Assembly: GCA_038893355.1 (NCBI GenBank)
Contig: JAWARQ010000005.1
Coordinates: 1 to 64,000 of the forward strand
Length of the DNA stretch: 64,000 nt
Direction of reading: 5' to 3'
Source: Sulfolobaceae archaeon
GTDB taxonomy: Archaea; Thermoproteota; Thermoprotei_A; Sulfolobales; Sulfolobaceae
Of the stretch, positions 1 to 8,624 are shown in pieces (position 1 is the stretch's first letter; the number at the start of each line of letters is the position of its first letter). The notes beneath the pieces were generated by a model. It ran no database searches and was not told the origin of the DNA. It saw only the letters and a list, made by a program, of their open reading frames with translations. Both the position numbers and the translations under genes were made by a program.

Positions 1-125
1 ATTAGAGTATTAGCAATTACAGCTACAAAGGCTGAAAGTACTAGGGAGTAATAAAAGTTTATGAAGAGCGTATCAACTAGAGTTAATAGCCCAGTAGAAA
101 AGACATAATGAGTCCTCAACTTCAT
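1..125 (-). CDS. DUF1286-like Sulfolobales membrane protein, N-terminal part (runs off the window edge)
   Basis: Manual translation from ATG at 125: MKLRTHYVFSTGLLTLVDTLFINFYYSLVLSAFVAVIANTL. The MKLRTHYVFS start followed by hydrophobic helices is what I recall for DUF1286 proteins. Confidence 0.7.
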   Translation of the reverse strand, partial: MKLRTHYVFSTGLLTLVDTLFINFYYSLVLSAFVAVIANTL

Positions 126-205
126 TTGAATCTCCTCTCTATCTTCTCTAATTTAATCAATTCATTCGCTCTTTCCTTAAATCCCTTTACTTCACCTTTT
201 ATCTT
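122..205 (-). pseudogene. Orphan C-terminal gene fragment (KIKGEVKGFKERANELIKLEKIERRFK*)
   Basis: 27 protein-like codons ending in a TGA that overlaps the DUF1286 ATG (ATGA). An in-frame TAA lies immediately upstream and there is no start codon. Confidence 0.4.
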
Positions 206-422
206 TTAGAAGCATTAATAAAATTTAGTTTTAGCAGTATCTGGTAGTAGTTTAAGGAAATTTTCTTACCATAAAAAAATATTGTAATATTTACTCATGA
301 GCTAATAAATATTTTGAACTTTCTCCCTTATTATTTTTATTGTTTATTAGTACAATTTTTCATTTAGTAAGAAGATATTTTTCTTATATGTTTTTAATGT
401 AACGTAAAAATGTAACGATTTT

Positions 423-574
423 CCTATAAATGCTAACCGTAGTATAAGTAAGAGTTTAGCAGTTTTAATATACCTTTAGTAACCAAGCATTCCTTTGCTG
501 ATGGTAATAAGAGGACTTCAACAGCAGTAACACATGATAAATATGTTCAATCAAAAAAGATATATTCTATTTAG
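423..574 (+). pseudogene. Fic/Doc family toxin remnant
   Basis: Translation SISKSLAVLIY-(frameshift at ~473)-LVTKHSFADGNKRTSTAVT matches the Doc motif HxFxDGNKRT and the helix before it. No start codon; stop at 572-574. Confidence 0.7.
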
Positions 575-764
575 CCTAGAAGGGAAATATTAACTTACAG
601 ACTGCTTCTATTAGCCGCACTATTTTATAGGAGAGTTATATAAATTTTAATTATTCTATAGTTAGTTAAATAAAGAATTTATAGAATTTATTAAAAAGTT
701 TGATTATATTAACAACATTTATCTTAAATATATAAAATTTTAAATATTTATTAAAAATTTAAAA

Positions 765-2156
765 TTAAATTTTTTTAAGAACTAATGAAGTCAAAGTAGA
801 CTGCACACCTTTTACTGCTCTTATAGATTCTATTATCTGATTTAATTCATTAGTATCTTTTGCCTCTACTCTTACCATAATATCATAGTCTCCAGAGATC
901 TCCATAACTTCCTTTACACCCTGGATATTCATTAGCCTTCTCGTAATGCTAGTAGTATATATATTAGAATCACACTTTACATGAACCAATGCCTCGATTT
1001 TATCTGGTGGTCTAGGTTTTAATCTTCTTCCAGTAACTTCCTCTGCTAGATCTAATAAGTCTACATCTCTATAAAATCTTGCAGTAGGATTTGCCTTTAT
1101 CTTTGCTAGTATCTGGTCTAGTTCTGTTTCACTTAGTTTTATTCCTAGCTTATCAAATCTATCTCTTAGTGCATGCTTTCCAGTGTACTTATCAATTACG
1201 TAATCCCTACTCCTGCCAAAAGTTTCTGGTGGCATGAATTCGTATGTTGATGGATCTGATAAAACTCCAGCTACATGAACCCCGGCTTTATGAACAAAGG
1301 CATAGTCACCGGTTATCGGATAATTCGGTGGCATCGGTATTCCGCTATACTTTTCAACTAGACTAGCAATCCAGTTTAGCTTATCTAATTTGACAACTTC
1401 TACTCCAAAATGATATTTAATTGCGGCTGCAATTACTTGTAATGGTACTATCCCCACTCTTTCTCCTAAACCATTTACAGTCGCATGGACTATTGTTGCA
1501 CCACCTTCTATTGCAGCTAATGCGTTTGCTACAGCTAGGCCTAGGTCATTGTGGGCATGAATATCAAATTCTACTCCAGGGACTTGATTAACTAAAGTTT
1601 CAAATAAGGCTTTAGTTTTACTAGGATAAAGGACTCCTACTGTATCCGCAATACTAATTCTATCCGCACCCGCATCTCTAGCAGTCTTAGAAACTTGAAT
1701 AAGAAAGTTTATATCAGTTCTACTTCCATCTTCAGCTGTAAATCTAACCTTTACTCCGTGACTCTTTGCAAAAGAAATTATTTCTGCTATTAATCGTAGT
1801 GCCTCATCTCTAGTAGTTTTATGCTTTGCTTTTAGATGGATATCACTTACACCATAAAATATAGCAATCCTATCCACTTCTAATTCAGCTGCTGTCTCTA
1901 TGTCCTTTTTAACTGCTCTACTATGGGCTATTATTTCCGAGGTAATTAAACCTTCCTTCTTCATTTTTACTATCCTTTTTATACCCTCATAAATATCTGG
2001 AGAAACTGAAGGATGGCCTGCCTCTATCATCGCAACTCCTATATCAGAAAGGGCCTTTGCAATCTCTACCCTTTGTTCTACACTAAATACCACACCAGGA
2101 GTCTGTTCGCCTTCCCTTAGGGTTGAGTCTAAAATCCCTATTTTTCTCGGCATCAA
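765..2156 (-). CDS. lysS: Homocitrate synthase with C-terminal RAM (Lrp/AsnC ligand-binding) domain
   Basis: DSTLREGEQ, HAHND and HKAGVH motifs of DRE-TIM metallolyases; C-terminal ISGDYDIMVRVEA...VQSTLTSLVL RAM domain typical of the Sulfolobales enzyme. Confidence 0.92.
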   Translation of the reverse strand: MMPRKIGILDSTLREGEQTPGVVFSVEQRVEIAKALSDIGVAMIEAGHPSVSPDIYEGIKRIVKMKKEGLITSEIIAHSRAVKKDIETAAELEVDRIAIFYGVSDIHLKAKHKTTRDEALRLIAEIISFAKSHGVKVRFTAEDGSRTDINFLIQVSKTARDAGADRISIADTVGVLYPSKTKALFETLVNQVPGVEFDIHAHNDLGLAVANALAAIEGGATIVHATVNGLGERVGIVPLQVIAAAIKYHFGVEVVKLDKLNWIASLVEKYSGIPMPPNYPITGDYAFVHKAGVHVAGVLSDPSTYEFMPPETFGRSRDYVIDKYTGKHALRDRFDKLGIKLSETELDQILAKIKANPTARFYRDVDLLDLAEEVTGRRLKPRPPDKIEALVHVKCDSNIYTTSITRRLMNIQGVKEVMEISGDYDIMVRVEAKDTNELNQIIESIRAVKGVQSTLTSLVLKKI

Positions 2157-2201
2157 TATAACGTAGTTGGTTCTATTATATTAAAGAACTTTGGTAAAGA
2201 A

Positions 2202-2220
2202 TAGTTCTAAAATCGAACTA
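2202..2220. promoter_or_regulatory. Probable LysM (Lrp-family) operator upstream of homocitrate synthase
   Basis: TAGTTCTAAAATCGAACTA is a TAGTTC-N7-GAACTA semi-palindrome ~45-65 nt upstream of lysS. It is nearly identical to the LysM site upstream of Saccharolobus lysW as I recall it (GGTTCTAAAATCGTACC). Confidence 0.7.
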
Positions 2221-2490
2221 AATCATTTCAATTATTAAGTTACATAGATTCTCTACTCCTAACTTCTGGCTATATTTCTCTAGAATTACTGAAATAAGAT
2301 TAAATAATTGCCTATTTTTAGATATATAACTCATATAAAATGAATATATATAGAGTATTGAGAGTCTTAAGTTCTTAGACTTTCTGTAATCTTCTTCTAT
2401 CTCTGTTAGGATTTTACGTAAAATTTCTTTATCCACAGTTCCTCTATACTTTCTGAGTTCTACGAATTCTGGATCATTAATTATGGACAA
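2218..2490 (-). CDS. Conserved hypothetical protein
   Basis: 90-aa ORF with TTG start after a GGTGAG SD, directly downstream of pyrH. Confidence 0.75.
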   Translation of the reverse strand: MSIINDPEFVELRKYRGTVDKEILRKILTEIEEDYRKSKNLRLSILYIYSFYMSYISKNRQLFNLISVILEKYSQKLGVENLCNLIIEMI

Positions 2491-2494
2491 TATC

Positions 2495-3181
2495 TCACCT
2501 TGGTAATACTATACTTCCTAACTTTATTCTTCCATCTATAATATCAATTAATTTACTTATATTTTGATAATTCACTATTAGAGCTTTTATCTTTGATCTT
2601 TTCAAAATCTTTATAGACAGTGGATCTAATAATTCATACGCACCTGCTAAATATGACTGGTTCTCCTCTAATATTCTTTCTAATTCGTCATAGTAAACAT
2701 ACTCTAGAAGTTTTGCATCAGTGTACTTTTTAGGATCTTTATCATAAACTCCTTCCACATTAGTAAGGTTAATAAGAAGATCTGCACTTATGGATTCTGC
2801 AATTAATGCTGAGACTGCATTAGTAGATTGCCCTGGTTGAAAACCTCCAGCTATAACCACTTTCCCTAATGACCATAATACTAGAAACTCTTCTAGTGTT
2901 TCAGGGACTTTTTTAGGAGTAAGTTCATAAAGGTAATAAGTGAGTAAATAAGCATTTAGTCTTGTAGAATAAATTCCTAGTAGATCAAGTAGGCTCTCAT
3001 TGATTCCCAGTTCCCTTCCTAACTTTATGTACTTCCTTGCAACATTCCCACCTCCCGTTACTATTGCTACTTTAATCCCGTTTTCAAGTAGCTTCTGTAC
3101 TATTTCTCTTAATAATTCATAATCCTTACTTTCAGCCTCATCAAAAAATTTTCCACTGATTTTAATTACAATTTTTTTCAT
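2495..3181 (-). CDS. pyrH: UMP kinase
   Basis: VIKISG, VTGGGNVAR, GFQPGQSTNAV and VEGVYDKDP motifs. Confidence 0.95.
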   Translation of the reverse strand: MKKIVIKISGKFFDEAESKDYELLREIVQKLLENGIKVAIVTGGGNVARKYIKLGRELGINESLLDLLGIYSTRLNAYLLTYYLYELTPKKVPETLEEFLVLWSLGKVVIAGGFQPGQSTNAVSALIAESISADLLINLTNVEGVYDKDPKKYTDAKLLEYVYYDELERILEENQSYLAGAYELLDPLSIKILKRSKIKALIVNYQNISKLIDIIDGRIKLGSIVLPR

Positions 3182-3214
3182 CGGTCTAAAAAAGGTAATT
3201 AGATTTTAAAAAAT

Positions 3215-3397
3215 TTAGACTGGATAGTCGTCTGGTAGTTTGTGCCTAAAATATTTTCCAGTCTCTGGGTCTTTAAATAGACCTATCTTTACACCCTTTC
3301 TTCCTTTAGGCGCTAATACCCATGCCTTCTCTGGTGCTAGTTCTACCTCTTTTCCACTAGGCGTCTTAACTTTTACAGTTTTCTTTGCGGAAACCAT
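3215..3397 (-). CDS. creN7: Chromatin protein Cren7
   Basis: [38 protein letters not shown] is the Cren7 signature. Confidence 0.97.
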   Translation of the reverse strand: MVSAKKTVKVKTPSGKEVELAPEKAWVLAPKGRKGVKIGLFKDPETGKYFRHKLPDDYPV

Positions 3398-3444
3398 ATT
3401 ATCACTAATGGATAATGATTATTGATAATATTATAAACCTTTCG

Positions 3445-3508
3445 AGACTCATTTAATTGATAATACCATTAGTTCTTTATAGGCGGATGCTCAAAGACTC
3501 ATTTAATT
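3445..3508. repeat. 14-bp perfect direct repeat AGACTCATTTAATT x2, 50-bp period, upstream of the creN7 promoter
   Basis: Copies at 3445-3458 and 3495-3508. Confidence 0.8.
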
Positions 3509-3531
3509 CTAATAGTAAAGTAATCCTTTAA

Positions 3532-4329
3532 TTATATCGAGTGTGTTGTTCCTCCATCTATGAGAATATAGCTTCCAGTGATATATGAGCCGTAATCTGA
3601 TGATAAGTAGATTAATAGTGAGCCTAGTTCTTTCTCTATATCTCCAGTTCTTAATAGTGCTGACTGTGATATAACGTATTTATTCCATAATTCGTTAAAA
3701 TCTACACCTAGCCTTTCAGCAAGCTTTTGTAAAGTCCTCTTAGCACCAGGTGTTTCAAAACTTCCCATTAGTACAGTATTAACAGTAATATTATATTTTC
3801 CAAATTCTCTAGAGAGGATTTTTGATAACTGAATTAATGGTGCTCTGGAAACATCTGCAAGAGAGAAAATATTTTGTGGTTCTTTCACTGTCCATGAGGA
3901 TAAAAATATTATCCTTCCCCATCTTTGCTTAATCATATAAGGATAAACTTGCATTACTAAATATATCGGACCTAAAAGATATAGTTTAAGAGAATATTCC
4001 CAATCACTAATTTCTGTTTCAGTAAAATATGCAGGTTCTTTTGGTGGGTTACCAGTATTTATAATTAATATATCAATTCCTCCCATATTATTTATTGCAT
4101 AATCTACAAGATTCTTTAAGGTACTTATGTTAGTAATATCTGAAGTTATACCATAAACCCTTTTATTAATTTGTCTTAATTCTTCTAAAGTATTCCTCAC
4201 CTTCTCTTGTGACCTTGAGGTTATCGTTAAGCTACAACCTTCTCTCGCAAAAGCTCTTGCAATTCCTTTTCCTATGCCTTCCGTAGAAGCTGTTATCAGT
4301 ACCCTTTTATCTCTAATATCTATTATCAT
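3532..4329 (-). CDS. Short-chain dehydrogenase/reductase (SDR)
   Basis: TASTEGIG Rossmann motif, GIDILIIN, YITGSYILIDGG; atypical active site (no YxxxK). Confidence 0.88.
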   Translation of the reverse strand: MIIDIRDKRVLITASTEGIGKGIARAFAREGCSLTITSRSQEKVRNTLEELRQINKRVYGITSDITNISTLKNLVDYAINNMGGIDILIINTGNPPKEPAYFTETEISDWEYSLKLYLLGPIYLVMQVYPYMIKQRWGRIIFLSSWTVKEPQNIFSLADVSRAPLIQLSKILSREFGKYNITVNTVLMGSFETPGAKRTLQKLAERLGVDFNELWNKYVISQSALLRTGDIEKELGSLLIYLSSDYGSYITGSYILIDGGTTHSI

Positions 4330-4335
4330 TAATTC

Positions 4336-5433
4336 CTAGTATCTATTACGATTCATAAAAGTTTCAATTATCTTCTTATGCTTTCCATCCGCCTCAATTA
4401 AGTCTATTGCAATTACTTCCACATTTAAGGCCCTAAGTTTCTCTATTAACTCCTCACTATTTACTGCCTCTATATAAATATCATAAAGATTTTCATACAC
4501 CTTTTCTGCATTTTCTAACTCCTTCTCAGAATAAACTAACACCTTATATACCCTCTTATTCGGCTTACTTTGCATTATCACTTCAAATTCTTTACCCTTT
4601 ACTTCCCCCAGATTATTCATGAAATAACCTTCAGCCTCAATAAAATCTTTATTTAGATCCTCTATTATAATCGGATATTCGTCCAATATTCTTATTTCAG
4701 AATACTCTGAGAAAGGGACAAATATCTTTTTATTACCTAATATTTGCTCCAAGGATTTACCTTCTTTTGCATACCAACTTGAAACTGGTATGTTTCTAGA
4801 AAGCCTAATGTAAGAGTATAAATATTTCCTGGGTTTTTTCTTAATATCTATACTTCTAGTATCTTGATCGTAAACTATCTCGACATCAGCCTTTTCAATG
4901 TCTATCTTATATCCAGCCTTAGCTAATTCTTTTCCCACTTCTCTTTTAATCTCATTTTTAATTGTCTCATAAAATGATAAATCATTCTGGGCTACGAACT
5001 CTTCCTCAATCCTTTTAAAGCTCTCACTGAGCCTAAAACCTAATACAATTGAGTATTCCTTTACCCATTCCTCTCTCATTATTTTATTTAAGAAATCTTT
5101 CTTGAAATCTTCAATTTGATTGTTACACAAATAACAAAATCTTTCTTGAAATCTTTCATTACTAAAATATAGTGAAAATAAAGGTTTTGCTATTTCGCCT
5201 ATATTAAACAAAATCTCTTTAATTTGATTCATGTCATCAATTCTGTGATCCTTTATGAGTGAATCTAGTTCCAGTAATAGTACTGTTTTTATTGCTTTGC
5301 CCCTTTCCTTATTCTCCAAACCATAACCTAGTCTAGCAAAACATCTACCTAGGCAACTATCACATAAAGGATATTTTGATAGTAACTCTAATGCTTTATT
5401 TAGCACCCTTGAATCTTTCAAGAAATCTCTCAA
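4336..5433 (-). CDS. pus10: Pus10-like protein, catalytically degenerate
   Basis: N-terminal LCDSCLGRCFARLGYG and CYLC zinc motif, KNEIKREVGK THUMP region; the GRED motif is replaced by FSEY. Confidence 0.8.
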   Translation of the reverse strand: MRDFLKDSRVLNKALELLSKYPLCDSCLGRCFARLGYGLENKERGKAIKTVLLLELDSLIKDHRIDDMNQIKEILFNIGEIAKPLFSLYFSNERFQERFCYLCNNQIEDFKKDFLNKIMREEWVKEYSIVLGFRLSESFKRIEEEFVAQNDLSFYETIKNEIKREVGKELAKAGYKIDIEKADVEIVYDQDTRSIDIKKKPRKYLYSYIRLSRNIPVSSWYAKEGKSLEQILGNKKIFVPFSEYSEIRILDEYPIIIEDLNKDFIEAEGYFMNNLGEVKGKEFEVIMQSKPNKRVYKVLVYSEKELENAEKVYENLYDIYIEAVNSEELIEKLRALNVEVIAIDLIEADGKHKKIIETFMNRNRY

Positions 5434-6742
5434 GACCTTTATACCTCCTTATATTTCTCATCATCTTGTTTAAAGTATTATAATACTCTAGAAACTCTTT
5501 AACTTCCTCAGGGGAAACACCTGCACCTCTGGCTATCCTTCTCATTCTAGATTTATCTATTATCCCCGGATTATCTAACTCCTTATATGTCATTGAATTC
5601 AGAATTGCTAACCACTTTTTCATTTTCTCTTCACCTATCTTTAACTGATCTTCTGGAATATTCGTAATTAAGCTAAACCCTGGTAAATTTTTAATAATCT
5701 TTGAAAGAGGTCCCATTTTTCTAACTGCAATTAACTGTTTATAAATATCTCTTAATGTTAATTTAGATTTACCTTCAATTACCTCTTCAACCTTCCTTTC
5801 TATTTCTTCATATTCCTCTATACTCTTTATCCTCTCCAAGATTGCCTCTATATCACCCATTCCTAAAATTCTGGAGACGAATCTTCTTGGTTCAAATACC
5901 TCTATTTCATCAATTTTTTCTCCAGTGCCCAAAAATTTGATCCTAGCCCCAGTTGCAACTACTGCTGATATCGCCCCACCGCCTTTCGCAGTACCATCCA
6001 TTTTAGTTATTATTATAGAACCAACTGGGCTCGCAGAATGAAACTTAGAGGCTAAGTCGTAAGCTTTTTGACCTATAGCAGCGTCAAGGACTAGAATTAC
6101 CTCATCTGGCTTTATTTTTTCATAAATCTTTTTCATCTCCTCCAGTAACTTTACCTCTTCCCCATATCCGTGCCTACCAGCAGTATCAATTATAATGATC
6201 TCAAACCCTTCGTTTATCAACTTCTTAACAGCTTTTTCAGCTATCTTTACTGGGTCCTTCTCCTCATAATCAATAAATACTGGAACTTTTATTGAATCCC
6301 CTAATTGCTTTAGTTGTTCAAATGCTGCAGGCCTATATACATCTGTTGAAACTAGACCTACTTTATATCCTCTTCTTTTGTAGAAGTAAGCTAATTTCCC
6401 TGCAGTAGTCGTTTTTCCGCTTCCCTGGACTCCTACTAGCATTATTGTATAAGGCAATTTACTGGGATTTACATTAGGCTTAAGATCTCCTCCAAAGAGG
6501 TTAACTAATTCTTCATAAACAATTTTAATGAACCAATCTTTTTGCTCGATTAGAGATGGGGGTTTTTCTTTAACTAACCTTTCCTTAATTTTATTCGTAA
6601 GAGAAAAAACAACTTTTACATTAACGTCCGAGGAGATTAGGGCTTTTTGCAGATCTTTTATAAAATCTTCTACAGCCCTTTCATAGGGTGTACTGCCAGT
6701 TAAAAATTTCCTTACAGCATCCTTTAAGGATTCTAAAACCAA
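5396..6742 (-). CDS. srp54: Signal recognition particle protein SRP54
   Basis: GVQGSGKTTT, DTAGR and TKMDG GTPase motifs; M domain (RIARGAG). Confidence 0.97.
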   Translation of the reverse strand: MVLESLKDAVRKFLTGSTPYERAVEDFIKDLQKALISSDVNVKVVFSLTNKIKERLVKEKPPSLIEQKDWFIKIVYEELVNLFGGDLKPNVNPSKLPYTIMLVGVQGSGKTTTAGKLAYFYKRRGYKVGLVSTDVYRPAAFEQLKQLGDSIKVPVFIDYEEKDPVKIAEKAVKKLINEGFEIIIIDTAGRHGYGEEVKLLEEMKKIYEKIKPDEVILVLDAAIGQKAYDLASKFHSASPVGSIIITKMDGTAKGGGAISAVVATGARIKFLGTGEKIDEIEVFEPRRFVSRILGMGDIEAILERIKSIEEYEEIERKVEEVIEGKSKLTLRDIYKQLIAVRKMGPLSKIIKNLPGFSLITNIPEDQLKIGEEKMKKWLAILNSMTYKELDNPGIIDKSRMRRIARGAGVSPEEVKEFLEYYNTLNKMMRNIRRYKGLERFLERFKGAK

Positions 6743-6743
6743 T

Positions 6744-7139
6744 TTACGTAACCCTTACAATTTTTCTTCTGCCCATTATTATCCAATACTCAACATTCAC
6801 CCCAGGGGCTAGTTTATTCAGTATTTCCTGCTCTTGGGGTGTATCAATTTCAAAAGTCTCGTAGGTTTCTAAATCCATAATCTGTACTACGTTCTGTCTG
6901 ATAGATAATACTTGACCAACTCTCTTTTCTATTACTGGCACTTCAACTGGAGTCCCAGAAGGTGCCATTAAAGTCTTTTTAGATCCAGTAAATATACTTA
7001 TTGCTACTATGTTCACTTTAGCACTACCATGCTTTCCAGTTTTGGCCTTAGAAACTTCAACTACCCTACATGGTTCTCCATCAATAACTACATAACTACC
7101 CTCTTTTAGTTCATTTATATCAACTCTCATTACGCTCAT
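6744..7139 (-). CDS. eif5a: Translation factor aIF5A
   Basis: KTGKHGSAK hypusine motif. Confidence 0.97.
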   Translation of the reverse strand: MSVMRVDINELKEGSYVVIDGEPCRVVEVSKAKTGKHGSAKVNIVAISIFTGSKKTLMAPSGTPVEVPVIEKRVGQVLSIRQNVVQIMDLETYETFEIDTPQEQEILNKLAPGVNVEYWIIMGRRKIVRVT

Positions 7140-7182
7140 TGTCTCTCAAAAATGAATCCAAAAACCAGTTTTAAAGTTCTAT

Positions 7183-7238
7183 GCTCAGCGCTTTGGCCCT
7201 TCTTCACTTTTCTGATATGTCAAATACTCATCACAGAC
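7183..7238 (-). ncRNA. Box C/D sRNA (D guide fits tRNA-Gln(UUG) U34)
   Basis: Minus strand: C GTGATGA - GTATTTGACATAT - D' CAGA - C' GTGAAGA - AGGGCCAAAGCG - D CTGA. Confidence 0.8.
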
Positions 7239-7268
7239 TTTAATACTATTATTAAGTTTATAACTATT

Positions 7269-7415
7269 ATGCCATGGAAAGTTAAATGTAATTCATGTAA
7301 TACTGTTTGGGTTTTGAACATAAGCTTTGATATAAGTACTCAAAAGAGTATATACCAGTATTGCCCTAACTGTAAGAGAAATACCTTTAATGATATTTTA
7401 GAATATTTAGATTAA
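7269..7415 (+). CDS. Small zinc-ribbon protein (48 aa)
   Basis: MPWKVKCNSC...YCPNCKRNTFNDILEYLD with two CxxC pairs. The track ORF 7152..7415 is over-extended across the antisense sRNA. Confidence 0.75.
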   Translation: MPWKVKCNSCNTVWVLNISFDISTQKSIYQYCPNCKRNTFNDILEYLD

Positions 7416-7464
7416 ATGAAGAAACCCTAGACGTGAGCGGTGAACGAACCTGTCTCGGCTGATT
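7414..7464 (+). ncRNA. Box C/D sRNA (D guide fits the 23S rRNA H93 region)
   Basis: C ATGAAGA - AACCCTAGAC - D' GTGA - C' GTGAACGA - ACCTGTCTCGG - D CTGA. Confidence 0.7.
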
Positions 7465-8623
7465 AACTTAAAAAGTCTCCACTCCTAATCTTCTCTGGAA
7501 TATATTCAAATGCCAAGAACTTTAAACCCTTGCTTGCTAGAGCTTCAATTTCTAGCTTAGCCTTCTTCTTTAAGAATATATCAATTTCCTCAATCCATGC
7601 TTTAGTTTTAAACCATTCATAATTCTTTAATTCCTCAGCCCTCTTAATATCTGCATCCTTAGCTTTAATTATAAAGTTCCTTCTCTCTGCTTCTGTTAAA
7701 TACGGTTTCTTATTTCCTTTACCAAATATATCACCCATAGAAACTCCTAGAAACTTAGCTTCTGGAGTAGCTAATCTTTCACTTTCATAAGAAAGAGATA
7801 TCGAACCTGTTCTAAATACAGAATATATATACCATCCGTAGGGATCCGCATCTGTAAGTATGTATATAGGTAGCTTTAATTCTTCATTTAATCTTCTTAT
7901 AAACCTCCTCGTAGCCCTATCAGGCTGTCCTGCACTTGTAACTAATATAGCCTTGTATTGCTTCCAAAATCCTATTCTATGTAGCTGCTGAAATACAGCA
8001 TCCTTCTCAACTAAAAGGACAAACTCTGCATTTACATCTACAAATTCAATTAAATCTGGCGTTGGTTCAATAGCATATGCTCCATGACCCATTTTGCTTA
8101 AATCTATAATATCATTACCGCTTCGTATCCTCATATCTCCTACTACTTTACCTTTCTCTTTGCTTAGAATTAGCATTTCTTCCCTTAATAGCGAAGTAAA
8201 TACTTCAATATCAACTATTACAGAATCAGATTCCTTTTGTTCATCCCATGTATTTTCCTCATAAACTTTACCAGATGAATCCTTAAGAACTAATGAATGC
8301 TTCCCTCTATAATAGAGATCACGTATTGTAGGGTACTCGTTGTTAATTAAAGCCTCATAAATTATACTAGCCATTAGCACTGTCTGCATAAATCTTTTAG
8401 CCTCATTCAGATCAAGAAAGTTTCTTTTTAGTTTTTTATCACCAAGAAGTAATAATTTCCTTTTTTCATCATAAATAGTATTATTTAGTGTCCTTTTTGG
8501 TATCTCAAGAATAGGTGGCTCTAACTGTTCTATCTTCTTGATAACTTCCAAAAACTTCTCTCTAAGTCTCTCTATAGATTTCTTTCTTGCCTCGATATCG
8601 ACTTTAGAAACTAGTTCCGTTAT
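7463..8623 (-). CDS. top6A: DNA topoisomerase VI subunit A (probable ATA start at 8623)
   Basis: TIRDLYY catalytic Tyr, VEKDA and DADPYG TOPRIM motifs. The conserved N-terminus TELVSKVDIEARKK extends 24 codons upstream of the track start. Confidence 0.95.
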   Translation of the reverse strand: MTELVSKVDIEARKKSIERLREKFLEVIKKIEQLEPPILEIPKRTLNNTIYDEKRKLLLLGDKKLKRNFLDLNEAKRFMQTVLMASIIYEALINNEYPTIRDLYYRGKHSLVLKDSSGKVYEENTWDEQKESDSVIVDIEVFTSLLREEMLILSKEKGKVVGDMRIRSGNDIIDLSKMGHGAYAIEPTPDLIEFVDVNAEFVLLVEKDAVFQQLHRIGFWKQYKAILVTSAGQPDRATRRFIRRLNEELKLPIYILTDADPYGWYIYSVFRTGSISLSYESERLATPEAKFLGVSMGDIFGKGNKKPYLTEAERRNFIIKAKDADIKRAEELKNYEWFKTKAWIEEIDIFLKKKAKLEIEALASKGLKFLAFEYIPEKIRSGDFLS

Positions 8624-8624
8624 T

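Noticed and set aside
206-764. Long AT-rich gap as a replication origin
   Set aside because: No ORB-like TCCA..GGA boxes and no adjacent cdc6/whiP; the gap is partly explained by pseudogene remnants.
3445-3508. Repeat-36 nt-repeat read as a mini CRISPR array
   Set aside because: The repeat is only 14 bp, lacks the GAAA(C/G) end of 24-25 bp Sulfolobales repeats, has two copies only, and there are no cas genes in the window.
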